IMG/VR virus record: IMGVR_UViG_3300044471_000009 | Coordinates: 1 to 64,000 of that record | Reading direction: 5' to 3' (one strand) | Source of the DNA: a virus | Taxonomy: Duplodnaviria; Caudoviricetes | Length of the DNA stretch: 64,000 bases | Part shown: positions 24,967 to 35,305 of the stretch, in pieces | Layout: every line of letters starts with the position of its first letter | Numbering within the stretch: position 1 is the stretch's first letter | Notes under the pieces: generated by a model | The model's database searches: none | Seen by the model: the letters and a program-made list of their open reading frames with translations, nothing else | Told to the model about the DNA's origin: nothing | Translations under genes and position numbers: made by a program

Positions 24967-25460
24967 TGAGCCTCACTCCCGGCACCGACACCTACTGCAC
25001 TCGTGAATGGGCCGATGCTTATCATGCCGAGCGTCCATCAGCGGAGCAGTGGAATAGCATCGGAGCCGGGCTTTCAGCACCTTCCGTAGAGCGCGAAAAA
25101 TGGCTCAGAGCGGCGTTTGACGACATAAACGCCTTGCAGTACGCAGAGTGGCCAGAACCGACTGGCGGGTATCCTATGTGTGTTTTGAAGGCTCAGGCTG
25201 AGTTCGCGCTTGAGCTGTATTTGCAGTCGTCCGGTATTGGGATCGCAGCCCAGGTGCAAATCAAAAGCCTCGGCGAAGATGAGAAAGCCGAGTTCTTTGA
25301 CAGTAGATCGACTGCGGAGAAGTCAGCGGTTTTGTCAGCAGGCGTTGACCGTCTGCTTGCCAGCGGCGGATGCGTTGGCAAATTCAAGGTTTCTGGGGCA
25401 GACGGCGGAATAGCTCCGCCGTCAATCTCTGTATCGTCGGTTGGATACGTTATATTTTAG
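24966..25460 (+). CDS. Head-tail adaptor (DnaT-like family)
   Basis: TDTYCTREWADAYHAER...KAQAEFAL pattern. Confidence 0.7.
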   Translation: MSLTPGTDTYCTREWADAYHAERPSAEQWNSIGAGLSAPSVEREKWLRAAFDDINALQYAEWPEPTGGYPMCVLKAQAEFALELYLQSSGIGIAAQVQIKSLGEDEKAEFFDSRSTAEKSAVLSAGVDRLLASGGCVGKFKVSGADGGIAPPSISVSSVGYVIF

Positions 25461-25480
25461 TTTTCTTTGGAGGAAAACAG

Positions 25481-26092
25481 ATGAAGTTCACGGTTTTAGG
25501 TGTATCTACGGTTAACAAGGATAAGGCAGCGGCAGGAGCCAAGGTTATGTTTGGCGATGCAGAGTTTACTATTCTTCCGCATTCTGAGTGCAAGGAATTT
25601 AAAGAGGCTGGATTGACACAGAGTTTTATCCATGCCGAAGAGATCACTAAGTATAAGAAGGAAAAGGAAGTAGCCAAAAACAAGAAACCAGCAGACGAAA
25701 AAGAGATTGCTCGGCTGGTCGCGCTGGAAGCAAAAATTGAAGAAGAGCGAATAGTCCGCACTGTACCGCTGCTGATTAAGGATTGGAAGATTGAAGAGAA
25801 GTCTGGCGAAATGTCAGCCAAGTTGATCGCTCGCCTCGCGATGGTCATGCCGGATGCAGTGACCGGAGAGGTCGGCAGCAGGGTTGCAAAATACAGCCGC
25901 GAGGCAGCCGCAGCTTTTTGCGCAGATCGGGAGCTGCGTGTTTCTCTCGCTACGCCAGATGGCTCTGAGATGTCTTTTGCTTTTCACGAATGGGTTGGAA
26001 TTGCAGCAGGCGACGAAGCGCGGCTGGCTGTCCGCGACGAAATCAACACTGAAGCCTTGGTCGCAAAGTTCGGCCCTTTGGGGTCGAAGTAG
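25481..26092 (+). CDS. Probable tail assembly chaperone (gpG-like)
   Basis: LIKDWKI motif; slippery heptamer C CCT TTG just before the stop. Confidence 0.6.
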   Translation: MKFTVLGVSTVNKDKAAAGAKVMFGDAEFTILPHSECKEFKEAGLTQSFIHAEEITKYKKEKEVAKNKKPADEKEIARLVALEAKIEEERIVRTVPLLIKDWKIEEKSGEMSAKLIARLAMVMPDAVTGEVGSRVAKYSREAAAAFCADRELRVSLATPDGSEMSFAFHEWVGIAAGDEARLAVRDEINTEALVAKFGPLGSK

Positions 26093-26490
26093 CCCGCGCC
26101 GATGTCTGGTATCGCAAAACAGAGAGCTTGCGTAACAGCGATTCATTCTGGCGGATGGTTGACCGTCCGCCGCATGACGAAAGACATGCTCTGCTGATAG
26201 ATACAGTAAACGAGTGGAAAGAAAATATTTTCGGCACACTCTGGAAGTATTTGGGCGAATACAAGCAGTATCCAGATTGGCTGCGCAGAGGGATTGTAGC
26301 GGCATATATAGCTTTTCGTGACGAAGCGCAGCGGATAAACAGGGTTGAATATGTCGAGGACGCAAGGGGCGGTAAAGCTGAGGTTGACGCAATGGACAAG
26401 TGGATTTGCAAGCATTATCCTTCCGGCTTTGATGAAAAGAATTGCGGATTCGCCGAATTCTCCCGCCTGCTTGATGAATACCCCGTATGA
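26074..26490 (+). CDS. gpGT-like -1 frameshift extension
   Basis: The -1 frame is open from CCCTTTG (26074-26080) through the ORF called at 26128-26490. Confidence 0.6.
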   Translation, partial: PFGVEVARADVWYRKTESLRNSDSFWRMVDRPPHDERHALLIDTVNEWKENIFGTLWKYLGEYKQYPDWLRRGIVAAYIAFRDEAQRINRVEYVEDARGGKAEVDAMDKWICKHYPSGFDEKNCGFAEFSRLLDEYPV

Positions 26491-27518
26491 ATCAGGCGCA
26501 AAGAAAACGGCTCGCAGCGTTTGCCTCGCGGAAAGCGATTGGACAAACCCGCAGCCTGCTGTATGTCGAAGGGCAGTCTATAGAGATACCTACGGGCAGG
26601 TTAAGCTCGAAAACCGTCCTCAAGGCAATTAGGTCATGGACAGTAGATGCGTACCGGAAACCAGCGAAAAGGGAATCTGACAAAAATGTTAGACTTGCAG
26701 ACCATGACGCGGTTTTTGTATGGCAAGGTTTTGATCAGTTTGGTGTCAGAGCTGCGCTGCCGGTGCGCGATGCTTTCCTTATTGACGGCGGCAGAGGTGA
26801 AATCTGGCAAATCACTCATGTCAAGCCGATTGAAACGTTTGATGCGTTATACACCGTCACTTGCAAGCCTTTTTTCAACCTTGAGCTGTCGAATTCTTAT
26901 GAAACTGAAGCGTCTGCTGGCATTGGAATATCGGCATCAGCAAGTTTCAGCGTCACTGACCTCATCTTCATCCGCCCGCCAGCCAGCCATGCCAGCGTTG
27001 ATCTCAGCGCGGACTGGCAAACCGTTCCCTTTTCTGTTTTTGGCCCCCCGCCCGCGCTGCAAGGCGACGTGCGAACCGCTTGCATTTCCTCCGTGCAGGC
27101 GGTGGGGGCATCTTGCATCGAATTTGAATTACAGCGCAGCGTTGAACCGGAGGGCGGCAAGGTCTGGGAGCGCGTGGAGTCTGGCTTTGCTCAAATCAAC
27201 GGGTGGGGATATTGCCGCATGGTCTGGAGCGATGAGCCTCCACGGATTGCTCAGGGCGACTTGCTCAGGTACAAGGTCAGGGCAAGGCTTGTTTCAGGGT
27301 ATGCGAGGATTTTCAATCCAGAGTTTACCATCAAGGTTGAGATGATAGTTCAGATTACACCGATAAGGATTAGAGATATTGATCTTCCTGCATCTGCCGA
27401 CCTTAAAGGTGTTTTGCGATATAGAGAAGATAAGGACGGAGCTAAGTCGCAGACGCAGCAATGCGTCAAGAATTCTGATGGTGAATATGTCTGGGTTGAC
27501 ATATTCTTTTTTGAATAA
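26487..27518 (+). CDS. Virion structural protein (unassigned)
   Basis: 343-aa beta-rich ORF in the structural operon. Confidence 0.6.
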   Translation: MNQAQRKRLAAFASRKAIGQTRSLLYVEGQSIEIPTGRLSSKTVLKAIRSWTVDAYRKPAKRESDKNVRLADHDAVFVWQGFDQFGVRAALPVRDAFLIDGGRGEIWQITHVKPIETFDALYTVTCKPFFNLELSNSYETEASAGIGISASASFSVTDLIFIRPPASHASVDLSADWQTVPFSVFGPPPALQGDVRTACISSVQAVGASCIEFELQRSVEPEGGKVWERVESGFAQINGWGYCRMVWSDEPPRIAQGDLLRYKVRARLVSGYARIFNPEFTIKVEMIVQITPIRIRDIDLPASADLKGVLRYREDKDGAKSQTQQCVKNSDGEYVWVDIFFFE

Positions 27519-27535
27519 CAAAAATGAGTTAAATA

Positions 27536-27997
27536 ATGGCAAAGATTCATTCAGCGGATAAGTTTCTAACTCTGAACGCAAACCGTGACATCGCGGCCCT
27601 TGGCGAAGCGCTCTACGCTGTCAATGGCATCGTCGCCTGCGACGGAAGCGGCGTACTCAGCGCAAGCAGCGGTGTGGCAGGATTTGATACGTCTGCTTTA
27701 CACACTAACACTGGCTCCGAGATTTCCGCGCTGACCGCAAAGACTGCTCCAGTTGGCGCAGATATGCTGGTGATCGAGGACAGTGAAGACACTAACGCAA
27801 AGAAAAAACTAACGATTACTGCGCTTTCCGGCTTGCTCAACTCGATAGGTGAAAATACAGACGCTGCATCAGCGTCTAACGTATGGACGCTCCGTCGGTC
27901 AACGACTGCAACAACCGCAAGCCTTGACGTGTGTATGCCAACAGGCGCGTCCACTTACGCTTGGACAAGCATCGTAACCCAAGACTGGACAGCGTAA
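27536..27997 (+). CDS. Tail-fibre-related small protein
   Basis: ISALTAKTAPVGADMLVIEDSED...KKL anchor-like motif. Confidence 0.55.
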   Translation: MAKIHSADKFLTLNANRDIAALGEALYAVNGIVACDGSGVLSASSGVAGFDTSALHTNTGSEISALTAKTAPVGADMLVIEDSEDTNAKKKLTITALSGLLNSIGENTDAASASNVWTLRRSTTATTASLDVCMPTGASTYAWTSIVTQDWTA

Positions 27998-28047
27998 CAT
28001 TCAACAGCCTGCTCGTTATTATGAAGAGCAGGCTTAGGAGATGAAAC

Positions 28048-29802
28048 ATGGCAGAAATAATTGATGCAGATTTTATAAAGCAAAGGCTTTCAGGAGTATC
28101 ACCTGAGCATTGCATTAGAAAATCAGACTTGACAAAAGAATCAGCTTCAGATGCAGAATCAACATCATATATATCTCCTGCCTCTGTTTTTGTCAAAGAG
28201 ACTGGCAGGACATATATTTTCGACCCTGCCAGCACTGCCGCCCGCGACGGCAGGAGCGTCTTGACTCCTGCGGGCGGCGGGCGGCTACTGGCGACAAAAA
28301 CAGGCAGCGATGACGTTGAAATCCCGAAGATTGGCACACCTGACCACCAGAGTTTGACGCAATCCCTGCAAGTTGGGTTGTCAACTGGGGCTTGTAATGG
28401 CAACCTTGTAACAGACGCAGGTAGTGGTGCAATCAATATCGCTTCCGGCGAAGGTATGATCAGGGTTGCCAATTCATCCGATTCTGAAATTTTTGCGTTT
28501 CGATGGCCAGCGGTCAATGGCGTTACAATACCGCTGAATAGCGCAAGATACGTCGGCGTTGAGTACAATAGTGGCAGCCCGCAGGCTGTTGTAAGAACTA
28601 CAAATAACTGGAACGGACAGACTGAATTTCAGGCCGCTACGGTAGTGAATGAAGGTGGAACTCTACATATTCTAAATAATCCGCAGGAAACGTGCGATGG
28701 TGTCCAGAAGATATTCCATAGGCTAATCGAAACACAGCCTTTTCAGTTCGCCGAGAGGCTTGGCGGCGGCAGATTTTCCGAAGTAGGGACAAGGAACTTA
28801 TCCATGTCTCCATGTGAATTTTATGATGGATTGAATGAATTTCCAATCACAATAAAGAACACGAGCACTGGCGACACTTTTGACGCTTACTACGGCAGCT
28901 TTACAAAGATTGCGGCTCAAACGCAATGGGATAACCAAAATTATGATAACGCAGGAACATTGACAGCGTTATCTGCAAACAGATATGGAGTGCATTGGCT
29001 CTATATCGAGATGGATGATTCATTCGCGCTTGTTTACGGACAAGGAAATTACACTACAATTTCAGACGCTGAGGCTGCTCTTCCTCCTGCATCATTGCCG
29101 CTTCGCCTATCACTCGGATCGAGGCTTGCCGCAAAGCTGATATTCCAGAAAGGCGCAGCTTCGGCAATCCAGATTGAGAGTGCGTTTGATACGCAGTTCC
29201 AGAGCGGGATGCCTGCGTCCCATAGCGACTTGACCAACATCCTCGGCAACGGCCCCTACCACCTTAGCGAAGCCGAGCGCGACGTAGTTGCTCTGTATCG
29301 AGGCAGCGGCACGACATCAAGCCGCAACGCGCTGACAGGGCTTGCAGTAGGCCAGACTTGGTACAACACAGACAGGTCAACGGTAGAGACGTATAATGGT
29401 ACTGTATGGCTCTCGCCCGGCGTTTGTCAAATGACAAACCGCGCAGCGGTGGCGTTGACTGAAGGAATGACAGTAAAGCTCAACGAGAGCTTTAGCTCTG
29501 CCGTAACGCGCAGCACTGAGTTTAACGAGCCGATCTTCGGGATTGTCGTTGACGGCGGCTCGGATGGCGCAGAAGTCACTGTCACTGTTAGCGGTGTTTG
29601 GAACGTACTGGTATTAGGCTCTGCTGTTGTAGGGGTTGGTGACTGGCTCGCGACGCACAGCACTGATGGCATTAGCTATGTGGCATATACGGGTCCTTAT
29701 CCAGCAAACACAGCGCATTCTCAAGCACTCGTCGCTTCATCCGCAGGAGGAAACAGGCTTGTCAAAGCGATGGTCGGCATTAGTCAGCATCACGAGGCGT
29801 AA
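28048..29802 (+). CDS. Tail fibre/spike-like protein with C-terminal beta-clip-like domain
   Basis: Gly/Thr/Ser-rich beta sequence; IFGIVV...VTVTVSG...VGDWL C-terminus. Confidence 0.65.
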   Translation: MAEIIDADFIKQRLSGVSPEHCIRKSDLTKESASDAESTSYISPASVFVKETGRTYIFDPASTAARDGRSVLTPAGGGRLLATKTGSDDVEIPKIGTPDHQSLTQSLQVGLSTGACNGNLVTDAGSGAINIASGEGMIRVANSSDSEIFAFRWPAVNGVTIPLNSARYVGVEYNSGSPQAVVRTTNNWNGQTEFQAATVVNEGGTLHILNNPQETCDGVQKIFHRLIETQPFQFAERLGGGRFSEVGTRNLSMSPCEFYDGLNEFPITIKNTSTGDTFDAYYGSFTKIAAQTQWDNQNYDNAGTLTALSANRYGVHWLYIEMDDSFALVYGQGNYTTISDAEAALPPASLPLRLSLGSRLAAKLIFQKGAASAIQIESAFDTQFQSGMPASHSDLTNILGNGPYHLSEAERDVVALYRGSGTTSSRNALTGLAVGQTWYNTDRSTVETYNGTVWLSPGVCQMTNRAAVALTEGMTVKLNESFSSAVTRSTEFNEPIFGIVVDGGSDGAEVTVTVSGVWNVLVLGSAVVGVGDWLATHSTDGISYVAYTGPYPANTAHSQALVASSAGGNRLVKAMVGISQHHEA

Positions 29803-29868
29803 ACAAAACGATGGCCTTATAAAATCTGTTTGAAATCATGCCCTATATAATCCCAAACACCACAGCAG

Positions 29869-29881
29869 CCCCCCCCCCCCC
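29869..29881. repeat. C13 homopolymer
   Basis: Direct count; no comparable G/C run seen elsewhere in the window. Confidence 0.9.
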
Positions 29882-29925
29882 AGACCGTTTCCGCCGCCCC
29901 CTCGCTGGGGCGGCATGGTGAAAAG

Positions 29926-30165
29926 ATGGAAAAATCGAGAAAAAGAGAAGCATTTGAAGCGATTGCGTTGGTGGCTTGGACAATGTTTTTCGGCGGCGCG
30001 GGCATTGTTTTGGAGCGTTATCATACCAACGGAGAGTTGGCCACCGCAGCCGCAGCACTGTCTGTCGTCAAGAGCGAGGCTGAGATCAGCAAAATCGACC
30101 TTGTCGCCGCGCAGGAAGGGCGTGAGGCCGCAAGGTGGCGGATGATGGAATCGGAGCAGCTCTGA
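29926..30165 (+). CDS. Small single-TM protein (possible holin/spanin-like)
   Basis: AIALVAWTMFFGGAGIVL TM segment; SD GGTGA. Confidence 0.45.
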   Translation: MEKSRKREAFEAIALVAWTMFFGGAGIVLERYHTNGELATAAAALSVVKSEAEISKIDLVAAQEGREAARWRMMESEQL

Positions 30166-30191
30166 TTTTCAATGAAAAAACGAGGAAATAA

Positions 30192-31259
30192 ATGTCATTC
30201 ATAGTTCGACCGCTTTCAACACCTGCCCCGCAGGTTGTCACTGGAACATATTCCGTGCTTTCAGGCTCCGATGTAATTATCGAGGCCACGGGAAATGCAA
30301 CAGGTAAACTCAAACTGAAATACAACTTCAGTTTTGCGTGTCCAGCCGCCGAATCAGGTGCTGTGATGTGCAAGCTACAATACAGCTTGCAACCTTCTGG
30401 CCTTGCGGCGAGCTGGCAGACGTTATCAACAGCTAACTGCCCTGTTAAAATAACAGCAGGCCAACCTTTTCGTGCCGATATTGGCGGGCCGCATACGCTT
30501 CTAAGCGGCATTCCCGCTGGATATGAGCTGCAATACCGAGTAATGATCGCGCTTGGAGCTGACAGCGGCCCGGTTACGGTTTATGACAGTTCATCGTCTC
30601 CATCGTTTCACATTGACGTTGCGCAGGGAGAAAGCAACATCGGCGTGATCAAGATTTACGCCCTCACTGCCGTAGGCGTATCTGCCGAAGCATGGGGTGG
30701 CGTGGCTATTTTAATGAAAGCCGATGCAGCGGTAGGGGTTTCCGCTGAAGCGTTTGGTGGCGTGGCAACCTTGACGAGAGCTGATGCCGCGGTTGGTATT
30801 TCCGCTGAGGTTTTCACAGACCATACTGACCCGATCAGAATCAAGCCGCCGCAGGTCACGGAGCCTGTCGTTCAGGCTCTTAAAGCTGATTGGAAGGCTA
30901 TTAGCGGGACAACTATCTTGATTGAGGAAAGGGTTGCTGGGTGGCTTCCTCATTACGCTGCGCTCTCGTTTCATGTGCCATGCAAAGCAACAGGGACAAG
31001 CGGAGGCGAAGCAGATTTCAAGGTTATGCGCTCGGTTGACGATGGCGCGTGGGTTGATGTTATTCTGGCTGTTGATTCTTGGAGCGGTACCGAGGGGGTA
31101 GCGGTGCTTGAGTGGACGATAGACCAGACAGCAGGAATCGCAGCAAACACATCTGTGCGTTATCGCTTGTACGGAAGATTTGCAGCGGCAGGACATGAGG
31201 TGGAAGTCAACAGCACCGGGAAGCCCGGCGCAACATACAAACCGGACTTTGAGGTATAA
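30192..31259 (+). CDS. Virion structural protein (beta-sandwich repeats)
   Basis: Internal repeat AVGVSAEAxGGVA; position. Confidence 0.65.
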   Translation: MSFIVRPLSTPAPQVVTGTYSVLSGSDVIIEATGNATGKLKLKYNFSFACPAAESGAVMCKLQYSLQPSGLAASWQTLSTANCPVKITAGQPFRADIGGPHTLLSGIPAGYELQYRVMIALGADSGPVTVYDSSSSPSFHIDVAQGESNIGVIKIYALTAVGVSAEAWGGVAILMKADAAVGVSAEAFGGVATLTRADAAVGISAEVFTDHTDPIRIKPPQVTEPVVQALKADWKAISGTTILIEERVAGWLPHYAALSFHVPCKATGTSGGEADFKVMRSVDDGAWVDVILAVDSWSGTEGVAVLEWTIDQTAGIAANTSVRYRLYGRFAAAGHEVEVNSTGKPGATYKPDFEV

Positions 31260-31261
31260 AA

Positions 31262-32899
31262 ATGGCTACAAGGAACCAGTCAGACGCAATCCGTCAAGAG
31301 CTTAACGGAACTTGGCAGCAGATCAGCGGCGCGTTCAACTTCTCATACACTTCGATTGCAGGATTTCCAAGGCTGCTGCTGCATCACGGCGGCTGGCTGC
31401 GTGTGCTTGCTGCTTCCGGTTCAATTCTTTGGCTGAAGCCGGAATATCAAGTTGACGGCGGAACATGGGCTGACTCCGGCTCTGGCCCTGATGGACTTAA
31501 GCTGACATTCCCTGACGGCAAAGATGGTCTTGTTCCTTTGCAATGCAATCGCCCGTGCTTCCCGACAGCTTATCCAGCCGGAACAGTGATCAATACGCGA
31601 GTAATGGCAAAATGCAGCGGATCTGTTGTTCTGTGTGACAGTCTGCTTGTTCCGCAGGCCGAAGCTGTCAAAACGTGGATGCAAAGCGATTCCTATCAAT
31701 GGAACGAGGCTGAGGATGACCCTGCTGGATTGGCAATCCTAAAAATAGGCTCTCCTGCGGGAACCGGGGCTGCATGGACTGCATCAAATACTAACGTTCA
31801 GCTTGTTCCTTTATCTGGAAACAGATTCGCATGGCACAGCAGGAATTCTGATGTTGGAAGGACAAAGACTGATACAGTTGTCGGGCAGGTTGATTCAGCA
31901 GGCGGCTTCTCTTTCGGAGCTATTTCAGTCCAAGACAACCACGCATCGTCATCATTGTCTTCAAATACCTACTGCGTAGTTCCAATTGGGAACGGTAAGT
32001 TTGCAAGATACAGGACAAATCCAACGTCTTTTGATATCTACGACTGTGGGTCGTCAGGACTCGTTCCAAGCCTTGCGGCTACGGCGCAAGGGTCTGTTTC
32101 GACTTTAAGCTATGGCTGCAAAGACTCTTTAATGTGTGACGAATCGCATTTAGCTTTATTGCCTGACTACTTAGGGTCATTCCCTGGTTACTATAACGTT
32201 CTGTATATATATAGCATCAATAACGTGTCGAATGCTGTTGGGGCTGAATTTGTAACCAATAGCATTTGGAGCGATACTGGACGTGTACTTTATGGAACTC
32301 CTGCTCCTTTCGCAGGATGTAGCGCGAGTGGCGGCTTTCTTGTGTCAGGAGCGACGGCTGTTAATGGGGCAAGTGTTGAGATGTCTATATCTTATGTAAA
32401 CAAGACATCAGGCTCCGCAAGTAAGTTTACGTGTGCAGACGCGACTGGAAAGCCAATCGCAATTCATTGTCAACCAGACGGTAAGTTTGCGATTGCTTAT
32501 ATAATCCCAACAGGAGCAGTAAGGGTTCGCTGTGGGGTTCTCGCTGGATCGTCAATAACATTTGGCGGATATTTTGATTATGCAGATGGGTCAATTTTAA
32601 TGACCGACTCGTTTCACGAAGCAAGTATCAAATCTGACAACGCAGGTGAATTTGTTTTATGCTTACAGGACAGAACGAGCAATACAACTCAATGTATTGC
32701 GTTTAGCACTGATGGTTCAACCGTTTCTTGCGCAGATACAACAGGAATATCTTACACTAAAGGTTCTGTTGTTATGACGCTAATTAGCACCGGGTTCGCT
32801 GGCAAATATGTCTTTGGAAATTACGGCGCATCTGGAAGTACAGATTTTCCAGATGCAAGCGAGCGTTATACGTCAATGATAGAAGTAGCTGATTTATAA
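31262..32899 (+). CDS. Virion structural protein, possible beta-propeller receptor-binding module
   Basis: 545 aa, Ser/Gly/Thr-rich with repeated short beta blades. Confidence 0.6.
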   Translation: MATRNQSDAIRQELNGTWQQISGAFNFSYTSIAGFPRLLLHHGGWLRVLAASGSILWLKPEYQVDGGTWADSGSGPDGLKLTFPDGKDGLVPLQCNRPCFPTAYPAGTVINTRVMAKCSGSVVLCDSLLVPQAEAVKTWMQSDSYQWNEAEDDPAGLAILKIGSPAGTGAAWTASNTNVQLVPLSGNRFAWHSRNSDVGRTKTDTVVGQVDSAGGFSFGAISVQDNHASSSLSSNTYCVVPIGNGKFARYRTNPTSFDIYDCGSSGLVPSLAATAQGSVSTLSYGCKDSLMCDESHLALLPDYLGSFPGYYNVLYIYSINNVSNAVGAEFVTNSIWSDTGRVLYGTPAPFAGCSASGGFLVSGATAVNGASVEMSISYVNKTSGSASKFTCADATGKPIAIHCQPDGKFAIAYIIPTGAVRVRCGVLAGSSITFGGYFDYADGSILMTDSFHEASIKSDNAGEFVLCLQDRTSNTTQCIAFSTDGSTVSCADTTGISYTKGSVVMTLISTGFAGKYVFGNYGASGSTDFPDASERYTSMIEVADL

Positions 32900-33294
32900 T
32901 GAGCAACTTCACAGACTTCCTCCTGTCCGCCGCAGATTCAGCGGAAAAGCATGTGGCCGAAGTGCATCAAGCTGGAGCAATGGCCGGGCATCAAGCTGTT
33001 GTTGACAGCAGCAGGGTATGGTCGGGCCACATGCGCGGCGGGCATAAGATGACCATAGGCGAACCGCCTTCCGGGTCAAACCCCCGTCCGGCAGGGGCGC
33101 AGAAGGGTGAGTTCGGATACCCTGATCTGCCTGTTGACGTTATTGAGCAAATCAAGGCTGGCGACACATCAACGACGTACACAAACGTGCCGTATGCGCC
33201 GGGCTGGGAAGTGAAGCAGCCGATGTATGAGCCAGGGAGGATTGCCGCTGAAGATGCGATAGAACGGAAAATGAAGGAGGGAGCGTATGAGTGA
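32899..33294 (+). CDS. Neck protein (HK97 gp10-like)
   Basis: VVDSSRVWSGHMRGG...YTNVPYA; position before the tail terminator. Confidence 0.65.
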   Translation: MSNFTDFLLSAADSAEKHVAEVHQAGAMAGHQAVVDSSRVWSGHMRGGHKMTIGEPPSGSNPRPAGAQKGEFGYPDLPVDVIEQIKAGDTSTTYTNVPYAPGWEVKQPMYEPGRIAAEDAIERKMKEGAYE

Positions 33295-33706
33295 CTTCGA
33301 GCTGATTGAAGACGCGGCTATAAAAGCTGCAAAGGAGCTGCTGGCTGGCTGGCCGACAGGTGAGGTTCCGATTAAATGGAAAAACGAGCTTGATTGGCAA
33401 AGCGGGAGTGCGAGATGCAGGGAAAGCGGCGTTCCGTGGATAGAAGCTGAGAACATTCAGGCCACAGCAACGCAGGCTGCAATTTACTCAAGCAAGCAGT
33501 CTGCAAAAGGATTCGTCAGGTTCGCTATCAATGTGCAACATGGAACAGGAGACGGCGTATTGAGAACGATAATGAATGACTTTAACAAGAGGTTCGTCGG
33601 CAAGGCTGTTGGAAACATATATTTCCTTACATCTCACCCGCGACCATCTGAAAGCGAAGCTGAGTATTTTGTCAAGAATTTTGACGTGAACTACGAATAC
33701 ATTTAA
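33287..33706 (+). CDS. Tail terminator-like protein
   Basis: About 140 aa, directly before the tail tube gene. Confidence 0.6.
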   Translation: MSDFELIEDAAIKAAKELLAGWPTGEVPIKWKNELDWQSGSARCRESGVPWIEAENIQATATQAAIYSSKQSAKGFVRFAINVQHGTGDGVLRTIMNDFNKRFVGKAVGNIYFLTSHPRPSESEAEYFVKNFDVNYEYI

Positions 33707-33716
33707 GGAGACGGCT

Positions 33717-35303
33717 ATGGCTGTTGCGGTAACAAGGGGCGCGAATACCAAGATATATTTCGCAAAAATGGAGCCGGGCGACCCGTATGATGTCGTACCG
33801 GCAGGCAAGCAGTTCGTCTTTTGCAGCACGGGAACTGCCGAAGCGTTCACGCTGGACGCGAAGCCAATACTGACAGAAAGTAAACGGCAGGCTAAGGACG
33901 GCGGAAAGGGCGTTGCATCTGTGTCTGGCTGGACACGTGAAGGCTCGTGGACGCTTGATTTTGCGCCATATTCAATTGCCGAGGATTGGATTTGGCAGTC
34001 GGTATTCCGTATGGGCAAGAAGCTGGTAAACATTACAGGGGCTGTCTATACGGCGGCAACAGGCACGATCAGCTTTGCGGCGGCATCCGAAAAACCAGTC
34101 GTAGCCGAAGCTCAGTCTGTTAATTTCCAGTCGGCAAGCGTTGCATGGCACGGGATTCCACGAATCATGGTGCCGACCGCTACTATCAACGTTTACAAGC
34201 TGTATCCGGCTCCGGCTGCTGACTACACTTTCATTGCCGGAACTCCAGTTCCATCGCTGATTCAGGGTGGAGTGCAATATCTTAACGCAAGTATGATCGA
34301 CCCGTTTGAGATTGTGTCTGAAAAATGGAGAGAGAAAGCAGGCGTTGCAGGCACAAGCATTGAAGGTGCCGTTATTGACAAAACGGCTGGCACTATTGAC
34401 TTCACTGGGGTTGACGACGCAGCCCGTCCTTGGGGTATTCGCAATTACAGGCCATACTGGATAAATGGAGCTGCAATCACAGTTGGCCCGCCTGCAACAA
34501 ACAATAATGGGTATTATTACCTGACAGAGACAGCTACGGCTGGCATTTACACAATGTCCCCGCCGCCACAGGCCAATGAAACTCTGCCTGCAACAGCTAA
34601 GCTGCATGGAGATGTTTTTGCCGACCTTCAAACACCATTCGAGATGTACGTCATGGTTCACGACGAAAATCTCAATGTTAGGAAATACTTGACCGGTGTG
34701 CAGGTTGTGTCTGTTGACCTCAAGAAAGCTCTGAAAACCACAGAGCCAATGGCGTTTAACTACCGCTGGACTTACGAAATCACCAAGGAGAACGGAGACA
34801 CCTTCGGTGAGGTGCTGATCGGCAAGGAGAAAGAGTATGAAGCATTTGTGACCGGCTTTGACCCGCTCGATTCGACACGCCGCAGTGATGGAATGCTTGT
34901 TATTAACAGCGGAGACAGCACTGCAAGCTGCACACTGATCAGCTTCGGCGTTACAGTGACAAGAACCATTGAAGAGGATAACGCGATTTACAAAGAGGCC
35001 GCTTGCGGATACAGCGACACTGACATTGCGGCTGCGGTTGCGCTTGAGGCTCGAAGGAGTGATTTGCTTTGGGAAACATGGATGGAAGAAAGAACCAAAG
35101 TTCCAATCCTCTGCACAACACGCAACATGCCTGGCGACAGTATATTCTACGGCATCTCTTTGCCGCAGGTGTCCACAAACGGCGCAGACACTCCAATTAA
35201 GATCGGAGCTTGCACAACCACAGTCACCGCTGTGGGTGAATGCGTTGAGCCGACCAACATTCGCTGCGAGCTGCATCGCGTTCGCGGGTACGTCCCGGCA
35301 TAA
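33717..35303 (+). CDS. Major tail tube protein with inserted decoration domain
   Basis: AVTRGANTKIYF N-terminus; tube-like C-terminal half; precedes the tape measure. Confidence 0.75.
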   Translation: MAVAVTRGANTKIYFAKMEPGDPYDVVPAGKQFVFCSTGTAEAFTLDAKPILTESKRQAKDGGKGVASVSGWTREGSWTLDFAPYSIAEDWIWQSVFRMGKKLVNITGAVYTAATGTISFAAASEKPVVAEAQSVNFQSASVAWHGIPRIMVPTATINVYKLYPAPAADYTFIAGTPVPSLIQGGVQYLNASMIDPFEIVSEKWREKAGVAGTSIEGAVIDKTAGTIDFTGVDDAARPWGIRNYRPYWINGAAITVGPPATNNNGYYYLTETATAGIYTMSPPPQANETLPATAKLHGDVFADLQTPFEMYVMVHDENLNVRKYLTGVQVVSVDLKKALKTTEPMAFNYRWTYEITKENGDTFGEVLIGKEKEYEAFVTGFDPLDSTRRSDGMLVINSGDSTASCTLISFGVTVTRTIEEDNAIYKEAACGYSDTDIAAAVALEARRSDLLWETWMEERTKVPILCTTRNMPGDSIFYGISLPQVSTNGADTPIKIGACTTTVTAVGECVEPTNIRCELHRVRGYVPA

Positions 35304-35305
35304 GC

